Source of the DNA: Lachnospiraceae bacterium
GTDB taxonomy: Bacteria > Bacillota > Clostridia > Lachnospirales > Lachnospiraceae
Reading direction: 5' to 3'
Length of the DNA stretch: 45,974 nucleotides
Assembly (NCBI GenBank): GCA_017388745.1
Contig: JAFPHE010000033.1
Coordinates: 1 to 45,974, forward strand
In this document: piece after piece, positions 17,493 to 28,205 of the stretch
Numbering within the stretch: the stretch's first letter is position 1
Layout: each line of letters opens with the position of its first letter
Made by a program: the position numbers and the translations under genes
The notes under the pieces: model-generated
Told to the model about the DNA's origin: nothing
The model's database searches: none
The model's input: the letters and a program-made list of their open reading frames with translations, nothing else

Positions 17493-18239
17493 ATGTCTGT
17501 GAATGAGCAGAAGATTGAAGGACGGAACGCGGTGCTCGAGGCGCTCCGTGCAGACAGAAGCGTTGACCGGGTACTGATCCTTGACGGAGCGCATGACAAT
17601 GCGCTCGGAAGCATTATCCGCGAGGTGAAAAAACATCCCGAGACCAAGCTCGACTTTGTACAGAAAAAGAAGCTGGACGACTTAAGCGAGACCGGCAAGC
17701 ACCAGGGCGTGATCGCATTTACGGCAGCACATGACTACGCTTCCGTGGATGATATTCTTGCAAATGCGCGTGAAAAAGGCGAAGACCCGTTTATTTTCAT
17801 CCTTGACGGGATCGAGGACCCGCACAATCTCGGCGCGATCATCCGTACGGCAAACCTTTGCGGGGCGCACGGCGTCATAATTCGTCTGAACCGGGCAGTG
17901 GGCCTTACGGCCGTTGTTTCCAAGGCGTCAGCCGGCGCGCTCAACTATACGCCGGTAGCGAAGGTGACCAATATCAAAGCGACGATCGATTCCCTTAAAA
18001 AAGAAGGCCTGTGGTTCGTCTGCGCGGATATGGGCGGAGAAACGATGTACCGGATGAACCTGAAAGGTCCGGTCGGCCTCGTCATAGGAAATGAAGGAAA
18101 AGGCGTATCGGAACTTGTGAAGAAGAACTGCGACATGATCGCTTCGATCCCCATGTACGGAGATATCGACTCCCTGAACGCTTCCGTGGCGACCGGCGTT
18201 CTCGCCTGGGAGATCGTCAGGCAGAGGCATTTCACTTAA
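17493..18239 (+). CDS. rlmB: TrmH/SpoU-family 23S rRNA 2'-O-ribose methyltransferase (RlmB-like)
   Basis: N-terminal EGRNAVLEAL substrate-binding domain. SpoU motifs LDGIEDPHNLGAIIRTA, LVIGNEGKGVS and SLNASVATGV. Confidence 0.85.
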   Translation: MSVNEQKIEGRNAVLEALRADRSVDRVLILDGAHDNALGSIIREVKKHPETKLDFVQKKKLDDLSETGKHQGVIAFTAAHDYASVDDILANAREKGEDPFIFILDGIEDPHNLGAIIRTANLCGAHGVIIRLNRAVGLTAVVSKASAGALNYTPVAKVTNIKATIDSLKKEGLWFVCADMGGETMYRMNLKGPVGLVIGNEGKGVSELVKKNCDMIASIPMYGDIDSLNASVATGVLAWEIVRQRHFT

Positions 18240-18330
18240 TTAAACTGACACAAGCACGCAATAATATGGTATAATACCATTTTGATTATTAGTTATTAAA
18301 TGGTCTACGGACCGGATGAAGGAGCAGACT

Positions 18331-20043
18331 ATGGCAGATGACAAGATGAAGATGACAGGCGCAAATGCTGACGCAGCGGCAGAAAATGCCGGCGAGGTCA
18401 TTTCCAAGAACTTTATAGAGCGTGAGATCGACAAGGATCTGGCAGAGGGGGTTTACGACCATGTATGCACCCGTTTCCCGCCCGAGCCGAACGGATATCT
18501 TCATATCGGCCACGCCAAGTCGATCCTTTTGAACTACGGGCTTGCAGAAGAATACGGCGGAACCTTCCATTTCCGCTTTGATGATACCAACCCCGTCAAG
18601 GAAAAGACGGAGTTCGTCGATTCCATCGTGGCGGATGTTGAGTGGCTTGGCGCAAAGTATGTCGGCGGCGTGCTGTTCGCGTCCAATTACTTTGACGAGA
18701 TGTACGAGAAGGCCGTGCTCCTGATCAAAAAGGGCAAGGCATATGTTTCCGACCTGACGGCAGACGAGATCAGGGCGACCCGCGGCGATTTCAAAACTCC
18801 CGGCAAGGAAGATCCGGGCCGCAGCCGCAGTGTCGAGGAAAATCTCCGGCTCTTCGAGGAGATGAAGGAAGGCAGGTATGAGGACGGTTCCAAGGTTCTC
18901 CGAGCAAAGATCGACATGGCGTCCGGCAATATCAACATGAGGGATCCGGTCATCTACCGTATCGCCCGCCTGACCCACCACAATACCGGAGACAAGTGGT
19001 GCATCTATCCGATGTATGACTATGCGCATCCGATCGAGGATGCGATCGAAGGCATTACCCACAGCATCTGTACGCTTGAGTTCGAAGACCACCGTCCGCT
19101 TTACGACTGGGTCGTAAAGGAGTGCGAGTACAAAGAGCCGCCGCGCCAGATCGAGTTCGCAAAGATGTACCTGACCAATGTCGTTACCGGAAAGCGCTAT
19201 ATCAAGCGCCTTGTCGAGGACGGTATCGTGGACGGCTGGGACGATCCCCGTCTTGTCACGATCGCGGCCCTCAGACGCCGCGGCTATACGCCGGAAGCCA
19301 TCCGTAAATTCGTGGAGCTTGCGGGCGTTTCCAAGGCAGATTCCAGCTGTGAGCTCGATATGCTCGAATACTGCATCCGCGACGACCTCAAGCTCAAGAA
19401 ACCCCGTATGCTTGCAGTGCTCCACCCTGTGAAGCTTATTATCGACAATTATCCCGAAGGCGAGAGCGAACTCCTTGATATGCCGAATAATCTGGAAGTT
19501 CCGGAGATGGGCACCCGCAAGGTCAGCTTCGGCCGCAATCTCTGGATCGAACAGGATGATTTCATGGAGATTCCGCCGCACAAGTATTTCCGTATGTTCC
19601 CGGGCAATGAGGTACGCCTGATGGGGGCATACCTTGTGAAATGCACCGGCTGCGACAAGGATGCGGACGGCAATGTCATTGCCGTACACGCAACTTACGA
19701 CCCTGAGCAGAAGTCGGGTTCCGAGACACGCAAGGTCAAGGGCACGATCCACTGGGTCAATGCCGACGACTGCTTCGATGCGACGGTCCGTCTCTATGAG
19801 AACCTGGTCGATGAGGAAAAAGGCAAGCTCGACGCCAACGGAAACCTCAACCTGAACCCGAATTCACTGACCATTCTTGAAGGCTGCAAGCTGGAGCCGG
19901 CGCTGAAAGATACAAAGGCATATGACAGCTTCCAGTTCGTCCGCAACGGATACTTCTGCGTGGACAGCCATGATTCCAGGCCGGGCGTCCCGGTGTTTAA
20001 CCGTGTCGTAGGCCTGAAGAGCAGCTTCAAGATGCCGAAATAA
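18331..20043 (+). CDS. glnS: Glutamine--tRNA ligase
   Basis: [11 protein letters not shown]...[18 protein letters not shown] (HIGH motif) and GlnRS-type C-terminal beta-barrel region. ATG 18331 is preceded by GAAGGAG; the ORF-track start at 18316 contains that RBS. Confidence 0.95.
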   Translation: MADDKMKMTGANADAAAENAGEVISKNFIEREIDKDLAEGVYDHVCTRFPPEPNGYLHIGHAKSILLNYGLAEEYGGTFHFRFDDTNPVKEKTEFVDSIVADVEWLGAKYVGGVLFASNYFDEMYEKAVLLIKKGKAYVSDLTADEIRATRGDFKTPGKEDPGRSRSVEENLRLFEEMKEGRYEDGSKVLRAKIDMASGNINMRDPVIYRIARLTHHNTGDKWCIYPMYDYAHPIEDAIEGITHSICTLEFEDHRPLYDWVVKECEYKEPPRQIEFAKMYLTNVVTGKRYIKRLVEDGIVDGWDDPRLVTIAALRRRGYTPEAIRKFVELAGVSKADSSCELDMLEYCIRDDLKLKKPRMLAVLHPVKLIIDNYPEGESELLDMPNNLEVPEMGTRKVSFGRNLWIEQDDFMEIPPHKYFRMFPGNEVRLMGAYLVKCTGCDKDADGNVIAVHATYDPEQKSGSETRKVKGTIHWVNADDCFDATVRLYENLVDEEKGKLDANGNLNLNPNSLTILEGCKLEPALKDTKAYDSFQFVRNGYFCVDSHDSRPGVPVFNRVVGLKSSFKMPK

Positions 20044-20094
20044 GCTCCCCACATTTTTCGGGAGCACATTTACTGATCACCGAATACACAATTT

Positions 20095-22527
20095 ATGTCA
20101 GACACCAATCAACAACAATTAAAGAGCGTGATCCAGCTGGAGCATGAGCGGGCGGGCATCAACACGGACATCGGCATGATCGTCCCGGAGAGCCTGCAGC
20201 AGAAGGCTGCCGTTGTGACGGCCGATCAGGACGAGGAACAGACAGCGCTCAGGGAGTCTGTCATTCAGCCGAGGACACTGGAAGAGCCGGTGTCCACAAC
20301 GCCGGATGACCTGTTTAACGACCTGATCCGCATATTCCGGCGCTATCGTCCGGATGACGACATTACCCGCATCCGTATGGCCTATGACGTCGCACGCGAA
20401 CAGCATAAGGACCAGAAGCGCAAGTCCGGTGAGCCCTACATTATCCATCCGCTGAATGTCGCGATCATCCTGGCGGAAATGGAGATGGATCCCGAGACCC
20501 TGATCGCTGCGCTCCTGCACGATGTGGTCGAGGATACGGACATGACCCTCGACCAGGTCGAAGAGCTCTTCGGCGAAGACGTCGCAGTCATGGTCAACGG
20601 CGTCACCAAGCTGACCCAGATCAACTACAATGCGGACAAGATCGAAGTCCAGGCGGACAATCTCCGCAAGATGTTCGTGGCAATGGCCAAGGACATCCGC
20701 GTCGTCATCATCAAGCTTGCCGACCGCCTTCATAATCTCAGGACCCTGCAGTATCAGTCCAAGGCAAAACAGGAGGAGAAAGCCAGGGAGACCCTTGATA
20801 TCTACAGTCCGCTGGCGGAGCGTCTCGGTATCAGCAAGATGAAGATCGAGCTCGATGACATTTCGCTCAAATATCTGAAGCCGGACGTGTACCGGGAACT
20901 CGTTGACAAGATCGCCCTCAAGAAAGAGGAACGTGAGCAGATCATCGCCGATATCGTCAGTGAAGTCTCCGAACATCTGCAGAAGGCCGACATCAACGCG
21001 GTCATGATGGGAAGGGTCAAGCACTTCTTCAGCATTTACAAGAAGATGGTCAAACAGGGCAAGACCGTGGACCAGATCTACGATCTGTTCGCCGTGCGTA
21101 TCCTTGTGGAAAGCGTTAAGGACTGCTACGCGGCGCTGGGTGTCATCCATGAGCTCTACAAGCCCATTCCCGGCCGCTTCAAGGATTATATCGCGATGCC
21201 CAAGCCGAATATGTACCAGTCGCTTCACACGACGCTGATCGGCAGGGACGGCACGCCTTTTGAGATCCAGATCCGTACCTTCGAGATGCACCGCGTCGCG
21301 GAATTCGGTATCGCAGCTCACTGGAAGTACAAGGAGAGCGGCGGATCCACCCAGAAGGCGGACAGTGTCGATGACGAGAAGATGGCATGGCTCCGCCAGG
21401 TCCTGGAATGGCAGAAGGATACCGAGGACGGCAAGGAATTCCTGAACCTGGTCAAGTCCGATTTCGACCTTTTTAATGAGAATGTTTACTGCTTTACGCC
21501 GACCGGCGATGTCAAGAGCCTTCCGATGGGTTCGACGCCGATCGACTTCGCGTACAGCATCCACTCCGCCGTCGGCAACAAGATGGTTGGCGCCCGTGTC
21601 AACGGCCGTCTGGTCCCGATCGACTATAAACTGGAAAACGGCGACCAGATCGAGATCGTGACATCCCAGAACTCCAAGGGTCCCAGCCGCGACTGGCTTG
21701 CCATGGTCAAGTCCACCCAGGCACGAAGCAAGATCAACGCCTGGTTCAAGACTGAGAACAAGGATGAAAACATCGCGCGCGGCAAGGAAGCCATCGAGCG
21801 CTACTGCCGGCAGAAGGGATACATCTTAAGTGACCTGATGAAGCCGGAGTGTGTGGAAGCGGTCCTGCAGAGATATGCGCTGAAGGACTGGACAGCAGTA
21901 CAGGCTTCCGTAGGACACGGCGGACTCAAGGAGAGCCAGATCGTAGGCAAGCTTCATGAGACGCTCGTCAAGATGGAGAAGCGCAGCCAGACCGATGAAG
22001 ATATCTTAAAGGCACACGGGTCGGGCGAGATCCAGGATATTACGAATCCGAGCGTGAAAAAGAGCCTGAGAGGAGGCATCGTCGTCAGGGGCATCGATGA
22101 CCTGTCCGCACGCTGCGCGCACTGCTGCAATCCCGTGCCTGGAGATGAGATCGTCGGTTTTGTGACCCGCGGCAGAGGCATCACGGTACACCGCACCGAC
22201 TGCATCAATATGATCAACCTGCCGCCGGACGAGCGAAACCGCCTGATCGAAGCCGAATGGGATACTTCGATCGAGGAGAGCAACGACACTTACTCCGCGG
22301 AGATCCGCATCTACTGCAACAACAGGATCGGCCTGCTGGTCGACATTTCCCGTGTCTTTACCGAGGCTGACATAGATATCACCAGCATCAATCTGAAGAA
22401 CGCCAAGAAAGGAACCGCCACTCTGACGCTGACCTTCGATATCCACGGCAAGGACGAACTTGCGCATGTACTCGAAAAGCTCCGCTCGATCAAAGACGTT
22501 CTGGATGTCACCCGTACGACGGGGTGA
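20095..22527 (+). CDS. relA: Bifunctional (p)ppGpp synthetase/hydrolase, long RSH (Rel/RelA-SpoT)
   Basis: HD domain (RKSGEPYIIHPLNVA, LLHDVVEDT); synthetase domain (YKPIPGRFKDYIAMPKPNMYQSLHTT); TGS (VYCFTPTGD); C-terminal ACT-like domain. The start is uncertain: N-terminal extension with no clear RBS. Confidence 0.93.
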   Translation: MSDTNQQQLKSVIQLEHERAGINTDIGMIVPESLQQKAAVVTADQDEEQTALRESVIQPRTLEEPVSTTPDDLFNDLIRIFRRYRPDDDITRIRMAYDVAREQHKDQKRKSGEPYIIHPLNVAIILAEMEMDPETLIAALLHDVVEDTDMTLDQVEELFGEDVAVMVNGVTKLTQINYNADKIEVQADNLRKMFVAMAKDIRVVIIKLADRLHNLRTLQYQSKAKQEEKARETLDIYSPLAERLGISKMKIELDDISLKYLKPDVYRELVDKIALKKEEREQIIADIVSEVSEHLQKADINAVMMGRVKHFFSIYKKMVKQGKTVDQIYDLFAVRILVESVKDCYAALGVIHELYKPIPGRFKDYIAMPKPNMYQSLHTTLIGRDGTPFEIQIRTFEMHRVAEFGIAAHWKYKESGGSTQKADSVDDEKMAWLRQVLEWQKDTEDGKEFLNLVKSDFDLFNENVYCFTPTGDVKSLPMGSTPIDFAYSIHSAVGNKMVGARVNGRLVPIDYKLENGDQIEIVTSQNSKGPSRDWLAMVKSTQARSKINAWFKTENKDENIARGKEAIERYCRQKGYILSDLMKPECVEAVLQRYALKDWTAVQASVGHGGLKESQIVGKLHETLVKMEKRSQTDEDILKAHGSGEIQDITNPSVKKSLRGGIVVRGIDDLSARCAHCCNPVPGDEIVGFVTRGRGITVHRTDCINMINLPPDERNRLIEAEWDTSIEESNDTYSAEIRIYCNNRIGLLVDISRVFTEADIDITSINLKNAKKGTATLTLTFDIHGKDELAHVLEKLRSIKDVLDVTRTTG

Positions 22528-22697
22528 TAAAGAACAAACGCACCGGTGTACGTTTTACATGGGTTTTGATCTGCAGGTGGATGATGTGATGCGTTTACAG
22601 CCTTTGTTTCATCGGATGGTGGATGATAAACTTCCGTCAGATTGCATGAAACCCGTTTCTGTGTGAATCGGAGGACAAGACGATATTTAAAGAAATG

Positions 22698-22741
22698 AAA
22701 GCAGCCGGAATGTCAGATGATACATTTCCGGCTGCTTTTTT
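22698..22741 (+). terminator. Rho-independent terminator about 170 nt downstream of relA
   Basis: AAAGCAGCCGGAA (22698-22710) pairs with TTCCGGCTGCTTT (22726-22738), then TTT. Confidence 0.75.
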
Positions 22742-22765
22742 CAAAGATAAGACAGGAGGATTTCC

Positions 22766-24274
22766 GTGATCCTTGTTCGGAACCATAACTTCATTACATA
22801 TGAGAATGACATACGCGCACTGCTTCAGTCCTTTTTTCCGGGAGAGGAGATCCGCTGCTGCGGCTGCGGAGAGGAAGCTTTGATCGACGTGGATGCGATC
22901 TGTCTCAACGTCTGCCGAAGTGCAGAGCGTTTTACGGATAAAAGCGCCGTCAAGCTGGCGCTTTACCGGTATCTGCAGCAGCTTACTGGGAGGGATCTTC
23001 CATGGGGGACACTCACCGGCATCCGCCCGGTCCGGATCGTTGAGATGATGGAGGCAAAGGGTCTGGACGGTGAAGCGGCACGGAGAAAGATCCGGGAAAT
23101 GTTTGCCGTATCCGAAGAGAAACTCGATCTGATGTTTGCCATCCATGAAAGGGAGCAGGATGTGCTTGAGAGACTGGACGGATATAGAGATGGGTACAGC
23201 ATTTATATAAATATCCCGTTTTGCCCGACAAGGTGCCTGTACTGCAGTTTCACTTCCAATCCGATCGAACTGTGGGAGTCGAGAGTGGAAGAGTATATGG
23301 AAGCGATGCGCCGGGAATTGGTGCAGGTACGGGAACTTTGTTCCAAAAAGCTGCAGACGGTCTATATAGGAGGCGGTACACCGACGGCGCTCAGCGCCCA
23401 TGAGCTGGATAAACTGCTTACGATGACGGAGGAGGTCTTCGGAAAAGAGAAGACTGACGAAGAACACACCGGGACTCTTCCGAGGATCGGGGTCCGGGAG
23501 TTTACGGTCGAATCCGGCAGACCGGACAGTATCACCGCGGAAAAACTGGCTGTTATGAAAAAACACGGTGTGGACCGCATCAGCATCAACCCGCAGACCA
23601 TGCATCAGAAGACCCTTGATCTGATCGGACGCCGGCATACCGTGGAGCAGACGATCAAAGCTTACGAGCTGGCGCGCAATATGGGGTTTGACAACATCAA
23701 TATGGATCTGATCATGGGACTTCCGGGGGAGGATCTTGCAGACGTCCGTCAGACGCTTCGTGAGATCATGAGGCTCAGGCCTGACAGTCTGACAGTACAT
23801 GCCCTCGCAGTCAAGCGTTCTTCCAGACTGAGCACGGAAGGCAGAGCCTGGGGCGCAGACGGGACCGGACGCAAAGGCCAGGATGCGGAGAGCGGAGCGG
23901 AAGCGGGAGCCATGATCCGCCTCGGAGCAGAGACAGCGGCTGCGCTTGGCCTGGAGCCTTATTATCTTTACCGGCAGAAGAACATGGCGGGGAATCAGGA
24001 TAATGTCGGTTATGCGTTACCCGGAAAAGAGAGCATTTACAATATCCTTATGATGGAGGAAAAACACACGGTCATCGGTGTGGGCGCCGGGGCATCGACA
24101 AAACTGATAAGCTATGCACAGCCTGAGGAGAATACAGATGAAGAAACTGCTGCCGGCACGGGCCTGAAAAAGACTGTCCGGCGCTTCGAGAACATCAAAA
24201 ACATCGGAGATTATCTTGCGAGGATCGATGAACTGCTGGATAAAAAGAAGGCATTCCTCGGGGGAGAGAGATGA
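22766..24274 (+). CDS. hemZ: Oxygen-independent coproporphyrinogen-III oxidase-like radical SAM protein (HemZ-type)
   Basis: Radical SAM motif CPTRCLYCSF; HemN-like core (GGGTPTAL, ISINPQT); HemZ-type N-terminal extension of about 150 aa. GTG start preceded by CAGGAGGA. Confidence 0.8.
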   Translation: MILVRNHNFITYENDIRALLQSFFPGEEIRCCGCGEEALIDVDAICLNVCRSAERFTDKSAVKLALYRYLQQLTGRDLPWGTLTGIRPVRIVEMMEAKGLDGEAARRKIREMFAVSEEKLDLMFAIHEREQDVLERLDGYRDGYSIYINIPFCPTRCLYCSFTSNPIELWESRVEEYMEAMRRELVQVRELCSKKLQTVYIGGGTPTALSAHELDKLLTMTEEVFGKEKTDEEHTGTLPRIGVREFTVESGRPDSITAEKLAVMKKHGVDRISINPQTMHQKTLDLIGRRHTVEQTIKAYELARNMGFDNINMDLIMGLPGEDLADVRQTLREIMRLRPDSLTVHALAVKRSSRLSTEGRAWGADGTGRKGQDAESGAEAGAMIRLGAETAAALGLEPYYLYRQKNMAGNQDNVGYALPGKESIYNILMMEEKHTVIGVGAGASTKLISYAQPEENTDEETAAGTGLKKTVRRFENIKNIGDYLARIDELLDKKKAFLGGER

Positions 24275-24380
24275 ATGGATCCGACGCGTACAGCATTGCC
24301 GCACACGCGCCGTCCTTTCCGAACCTGTTCATGATAAAGTGCGATTGTATTTTTGTTGGCGGATTGTATTTATATTGTAT

Positions 24381-24410
24381 TTGACTATAATATCTATTAA
24401 GAATTAGTAT
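24381..24410 (+). promoter_or_regulatory. Candidate nifJ promoter in an AT-rich leader
   Basis: TTGACT (24381-24386), 18-nt spacer, TAGTAT (24405-24410). Preceded by three ATTGTATTT repeats. Other AT-rich hexamers nearby make the assignment tentative. Confidence 0.35.
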
Positions 24411-24611
24411 AAAATATAATCTATAAACAGATCCGGCGAAACAGGCGGATCCTGAAATGATATGTGTGAACACAAAACAGATTCATCGCTTTTTTCTATA
24501 GACAAATTGTATGAAAAGCAGTACACTTGTAAGGATGTTAAATTTTTAACCGGTGCACAGTAACCATACGGTTAACAGCATATATTTCACTATCTTCAGG
24601 AGGTACAACCT

Positions 24612-27600
24612 ATGGCAAGAAAAATGAAGACCATGGATGGCAACCAGGCAGCAGCTCATGCTTCCTATCCGTTTACCGAAGTTGCCGCCATGTTCCCGAT
24701 CACGCCGTCATCCGTCATGCCCGAGCATGTCGATGAGTGGGCTTCCCAGGGCAGACTCAATCTGTTCGGACAGCCGGTGCAGATCACGGAAATGCAGTCC
24801 GAGGGCGGCGCGGCAGGCGCTGTTCACGGTTCTCTGGCAGCAGGCGCTCTGACCGCGACCTATACTGCATCACAGGGTCTGCTTCTCATGATCCCCAACC
24901 TTTATAAGATCGCCGGCGAGCAGCTTCCCGGCGTGTTCCACGTATCTGCACGTGCGCTGGCTACCCATGCGCTCAGCATTTTCGGCGACCATCAGGACAT
25001 CTACGCATGCCGCCAGACCGGCTGCGCAATGCTCTGCGAGTCTTCCGTACAGGAAGTCATGGACCTGACTCCCGTAGCGCATCTTTCCGCGATCAAGGGA
25101 AAGATCCCGTTCATCAACTTCTTTGACGGTTTCCGTACCTCTCACGAGATCCAGAAGATCGAAGTCTGGGAGAATGAGGACCTTGTGGATCTTCTCGACT
25201 ATGATGCGATCAAGGATTTCAGAGATCATGCGCTCAATCCGAATCATCCGTGCGAGAAGGGCTCCGCTCAGAACCCGGATGTCTTCTTCCAGGCCCGTGA
25301 GGCATGCAACCCGTTCTACGACGCTATGCCGGCGATCGTCCAGGAGTATATGGACAAGATCAATGCCAAGATCGGTACGGATTACAAGCTGTTCAACTAT
25401 TACGGCGCTCCGGATGCAGAGCACATCATCATCGCCATGGGTTCCGTCAACGAGACCATCGAGGAGACTATCGACTACCTTGCAGCCAAGGGAGAGAAGG
25501 TCGGCCTGATCAAGGTCCGTCTGTACAGACCGTTCGATAAGGAAGCATTCCTTGCAGCGATCCCGGATACTGTCAGGCAGATCTCTGTTCTTGACCGTAC
25601 CAAAGAGCCGGGCGCACTCGGCGAGCCGCTGTATCTCGATGTCGTCGCTGCACTCAAGGAGACAAAGTTCGAAAAGATCCCGGTATTCGGCGGCCGTTAC
25701 GGCCTCGGTTCCAAGGACACCGCTCCGAACCAGATCATCGCGGTATTCCACAACACCGACAAGAAGCGCTTCACCATCGGCATCAACGATGACGTTACCT
25801 ATCTGAGCCTGCCGCTCGGCGAGGATGTCGTCACCACTCCGGAAGGCACCACCAACTGTAAGTTCTGGGGCATTGGTGCGGACGGTACCGTCGGTGCAAA
25901 TAAGAACACCGGCAAGATCATCGGCGACAATACCGACATGTACAGCCAGGCTTACTTCGATTATGACTCCAAGAAGTCCGGCGGCGTGACCATGAGCCAC
26001 CTCCGCTTCGGCAAGAAACCGATCAAGTCCACCTACCTGATCAAGAGAGCGAACTTCGTTGCCTGCCATAAGCAGGAGTACATCCGCAAGTACAACATGG
26101 TTCAGGAACTGGTCGACGGCGGCACCTTCCTTCTGAACTGCCAGTGGGATAAGGATGAGCTCGAGAAGCATCTTCCGGGCCAGGTTAAGAAGTACATCTA
26201 TGATCACAAGATCAATTTCTATACCATCGATGCAGTTAAGCTCGGCATCGAGACCGGCATGGGACCGACCCGTGTCAATACCATCCTTCAGTCCGCATTC
26301 TTCAAGCTGACCGGCATCATCCCCGAGGAGAAGGCCATCAGCCTGATGAAGGAAGCGGCAGAGAAGACCTACGGCCGTAAGGGCGAGGAAGTCGTTAAGA
26401 CCAACTGGGCAGCGATCGATGCAGGCGCTCAGCATGTAGTAAAGATCGATGTTCCGGAGTCCTGGAAGGACGGCGTCGATGAAGGACTGGATTATCCGGT
26501 AGCGGAAGGCGCAAACAAGGAAGTCGTTGATTTCGTCAACGGCGTTCAGGTCAAGGTCTCCGCACAGGAAGGCAACTCCCTTCCGGTCTCCGCATTCAAG
26601 GCGTATGTCGACGGCTCCACACCGTCCGGTTCTTCCGCATATGAGAAGCGCGGTATCGCAGTCAATGTTCCGGTATGGGATGCCGATAAGTGCGTACAGT
26701 GTAACCGCTGCTCTTATGTCTGCCCGCATGCAGTCGTCCGTCCGATCGCTATGACCGAGGAAGAGGCTGCCAAGGCACCGGCAAGCCTCGTTGTAAAGCC
26801 GATGATCGGTATGCCGGACAAGAAGTTCGCGATCGTGATCAGCACTCTGGATTGTACCGGATGCGGATCCTGCGCAAATGTCTGCCCGGGCAACAAGGAA
26901 GGCAAGGCTCTTGTCATGAAACCGCAGGCAGAGGCTGCATTCCAGCAGGAAGGCTTCACCTTCGGCATGACCGTGACCGAGAAGCAGGATGTTATCGACA
27001 AGTTCAAGATCGCTACGGTCAAGGGATCCCAGTTCCGTCAGCCGTACCTCGAGTTCTCAGGCGCATGCGCTGGCTGCGGCGAGACTCCGTATGCTAAACT
27101 GGTCACCCAGCTGTTCGGTGATCGTATGTACATCGCAAATGCTACCGGCTGTTCCTCCATCTGGGGCAACTCTTCACCGTCCACACCGTACACCTTCAAC
27201 AAGCAGGGCAGAGGCCCGGCGTGGGATAACTCCCTGTTTGAGGATAACGCGGAGTTCGGTTTCGGTATGCTGCTCGCACAGAATGCGATCCGCGACCGCC
27301 TGAAGGATAAGGTCGCAAAGCTGGCTGAGTCTACTGCCAATGAGGCAGTCAAGGCAGCTGCTAAGGAATACCTTGAGACCTTTGACATCGGCGCAAGCAA
27401 TACGGCTGCCTCCGACAAGCTCATTGCCGCTCTGGAAGCATGCGGATGCGATGAGGGCAAGGAGATCCTGATCGAGAAGGATTATCTTGCAAAGAAGAGC
27501 CAGTGGATCTACGGCGGCGACGGCTGGGCATATGATATCGGTTACGGCGGACTGGATCACGTCCTTGCAGCTAACCTGGATATCAATGTCATGGTCTTCG

Positions 27601-28142
27601 ATACCGAGGTTTATTCCAACACCGGCGGACAGTCCTCCAAGGCTACCCAGCCCGGCGCAGTGGCACAGTTCGCAGCAGCCGGCAAGGTCGTCAAGAAGAA
27701 GGATCTTGCAGCTATCGCCATGAGCTACGGATATATCTATGTTGCACAGATCTCTATGGGTGCAGATATGGCACAGGCAGTCAAGGCGATCGCCGAGGCT
27801 GAGGCTTATCCGGGTCCGTCCATTGTCATTGCTTACGCTCCGTGTATCAACCACGGCATCAAGAAAGGCATGGGCAAGTCCCAGGATGAAGAGAAACTTG
27901 CGGTCGAGTGCGGCTACTGGCAGAACTTCCGCTTCAATCCGGCTCTGGACAAACCGTTTACTCTGGACAGCAAGGCACCTGACTTCTCCAAGCATGCAGA
28001 GTTCCTGAACGGTGAAGTGCGTTACAGCTCACTTGCACTGAAGGATAAGGAGCGTGCAGCATGGCTGCAGGCAGAGAACCTGAAGAAGGCAGAAGAGCGC
28101 CGCGCTTATCTTGAGAGCCTGAACGAGGTATACAACAAATAA
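24612..28142 (+). CDS. nifJ: Pyruvate:ferredoxin (flavodoxin) oxidoreductase, single-polypeptide PFOR
   Basis: 1176 aa. N-terminus MDGNQAAAHASYPFTEVAAMFPITPSS; ferredoxin domain CVQCNRCSYVCPH / CTGCGSCANVCP; TPP domain GGDGWAYDIGYGGLDH. RBS CAGGAGG. Confidence 0.97.
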   Translation: MARKMKTMDGNQAAAHASYPFTEVAAMFPITPSSVMPEHVDEWASQGRLNLFGQPVQITEMQSEGGAAGAVHGSLAAGALTATYTASQGLLLMIPNLYKIAGEQLPGVFHVSARALATHALSIFGDHQDIYACRQTGCAMLCESSVQEVMDLTPVAHLSAIKGKIPFINFFDGFRTSHEIQKIEVWENEDLVDLLDYDAIKDFRDHALNPNHPCEKGSAQNPDVFFQAREACNPFYDAMPAIVQEYMDKINAKIGTDYKLFNYYGAPDAEHIIIAMGSVNETIEETIDYLAAKGEKVGLIKVRLYRPFDKEAFLAAIPDTVRQISVLDRTKEPGALGEPLYLDVVAALKETKFEKIPVFGGRYGLGSKDTAPNQIIAVFHNTDKKRFTIGINDDVTYLSLPLGEDVVTTPEGTTNCKFWGIGADGTVGANKNTGKIIGDNTDMYSQAYFDYDSKKSGGVTMSHLRFGKKPIKSTYLIKRANFVACHKQEYIRKYNMVQELVDGGTFLLNCQWDKDELEKHLPGQVKKYIYDHKINFYTIDAVKLGIETGMGPTRVNTILQSAFFKLTGIIPEEKAISLMKEAAEKTYGRKGEEVVKTNWAAIDAGAQHVVKIDVPESWKDGVDEGLDYPVAEGANKEVVDFVNGVQVKVSAQEGNSLPVSAFKAYVDGSTPSGSSAYEKRGIAVNVPVWDADKCVQCNRCSYVCPHAVVRPIAMTEEEAAKAPASLVVKPMIGMPDKKFAIVISTLDCTGCGSCANVCPGNKEGKALVMKPQAEAAFQQEGFTFGMTVTEKQDVIDKFKIATVKGSQFRQPYLEFSGACAGCGETPYAKLVTQLFGDRMYIANATGCSSIWGNSSPSTPYTFNKQGRGPAWDNSLFEDNAEFGFGMLLAQNAIRDRLKDKVAKLAESTANEAVKAAAKEYLETFDIGASNTAASDKLIAALEACGCDEGKEILIEKDYLAKKSQWIYGGDGWAYDIGYGGLDHVLAANLDINVMVFDTEVYSNTGGQSSKATQPGAVAQFAAAGKVVKKKDLAAIAMSYGYIYVAQISMGADMAQAVKAIAEAEAYPGPSIVIAYAPCINHGIKKGMGKSQDEEKLAVECGYWQNFRFNPALDKPFTLDSKAPDFSKHAEFLNGEVRYSSLALKDKERAAWLQAENLKKAEERRAYLESLNEVYNK

Positions 28143-28205
28143 GCATCGTCCTGCAGACCCGGACCGTCAGAGGTTCTGATGGCCGGTGACAGAACGTGAT
28201 CAAAG

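Noticed and set aside
18240-18330. Possible T-box leader upstream of glnS.
   Set aside because: Only about 90 nt are available. There is no specifier-loop or T-box consensus, just an extended -10 (TGGTATAAT) and an RBS.
24455-24480. Rex- or CRP/FNR-like palindrome (TGTGTGAACACAAA) upstream of nifJ.
   Set aside because: The half-sites are only 4 bp with the wrong spacing for TGTGA-N6-TCACA or TTGTGAA-N4-TTCACAA. This is not distinguishable from chance.
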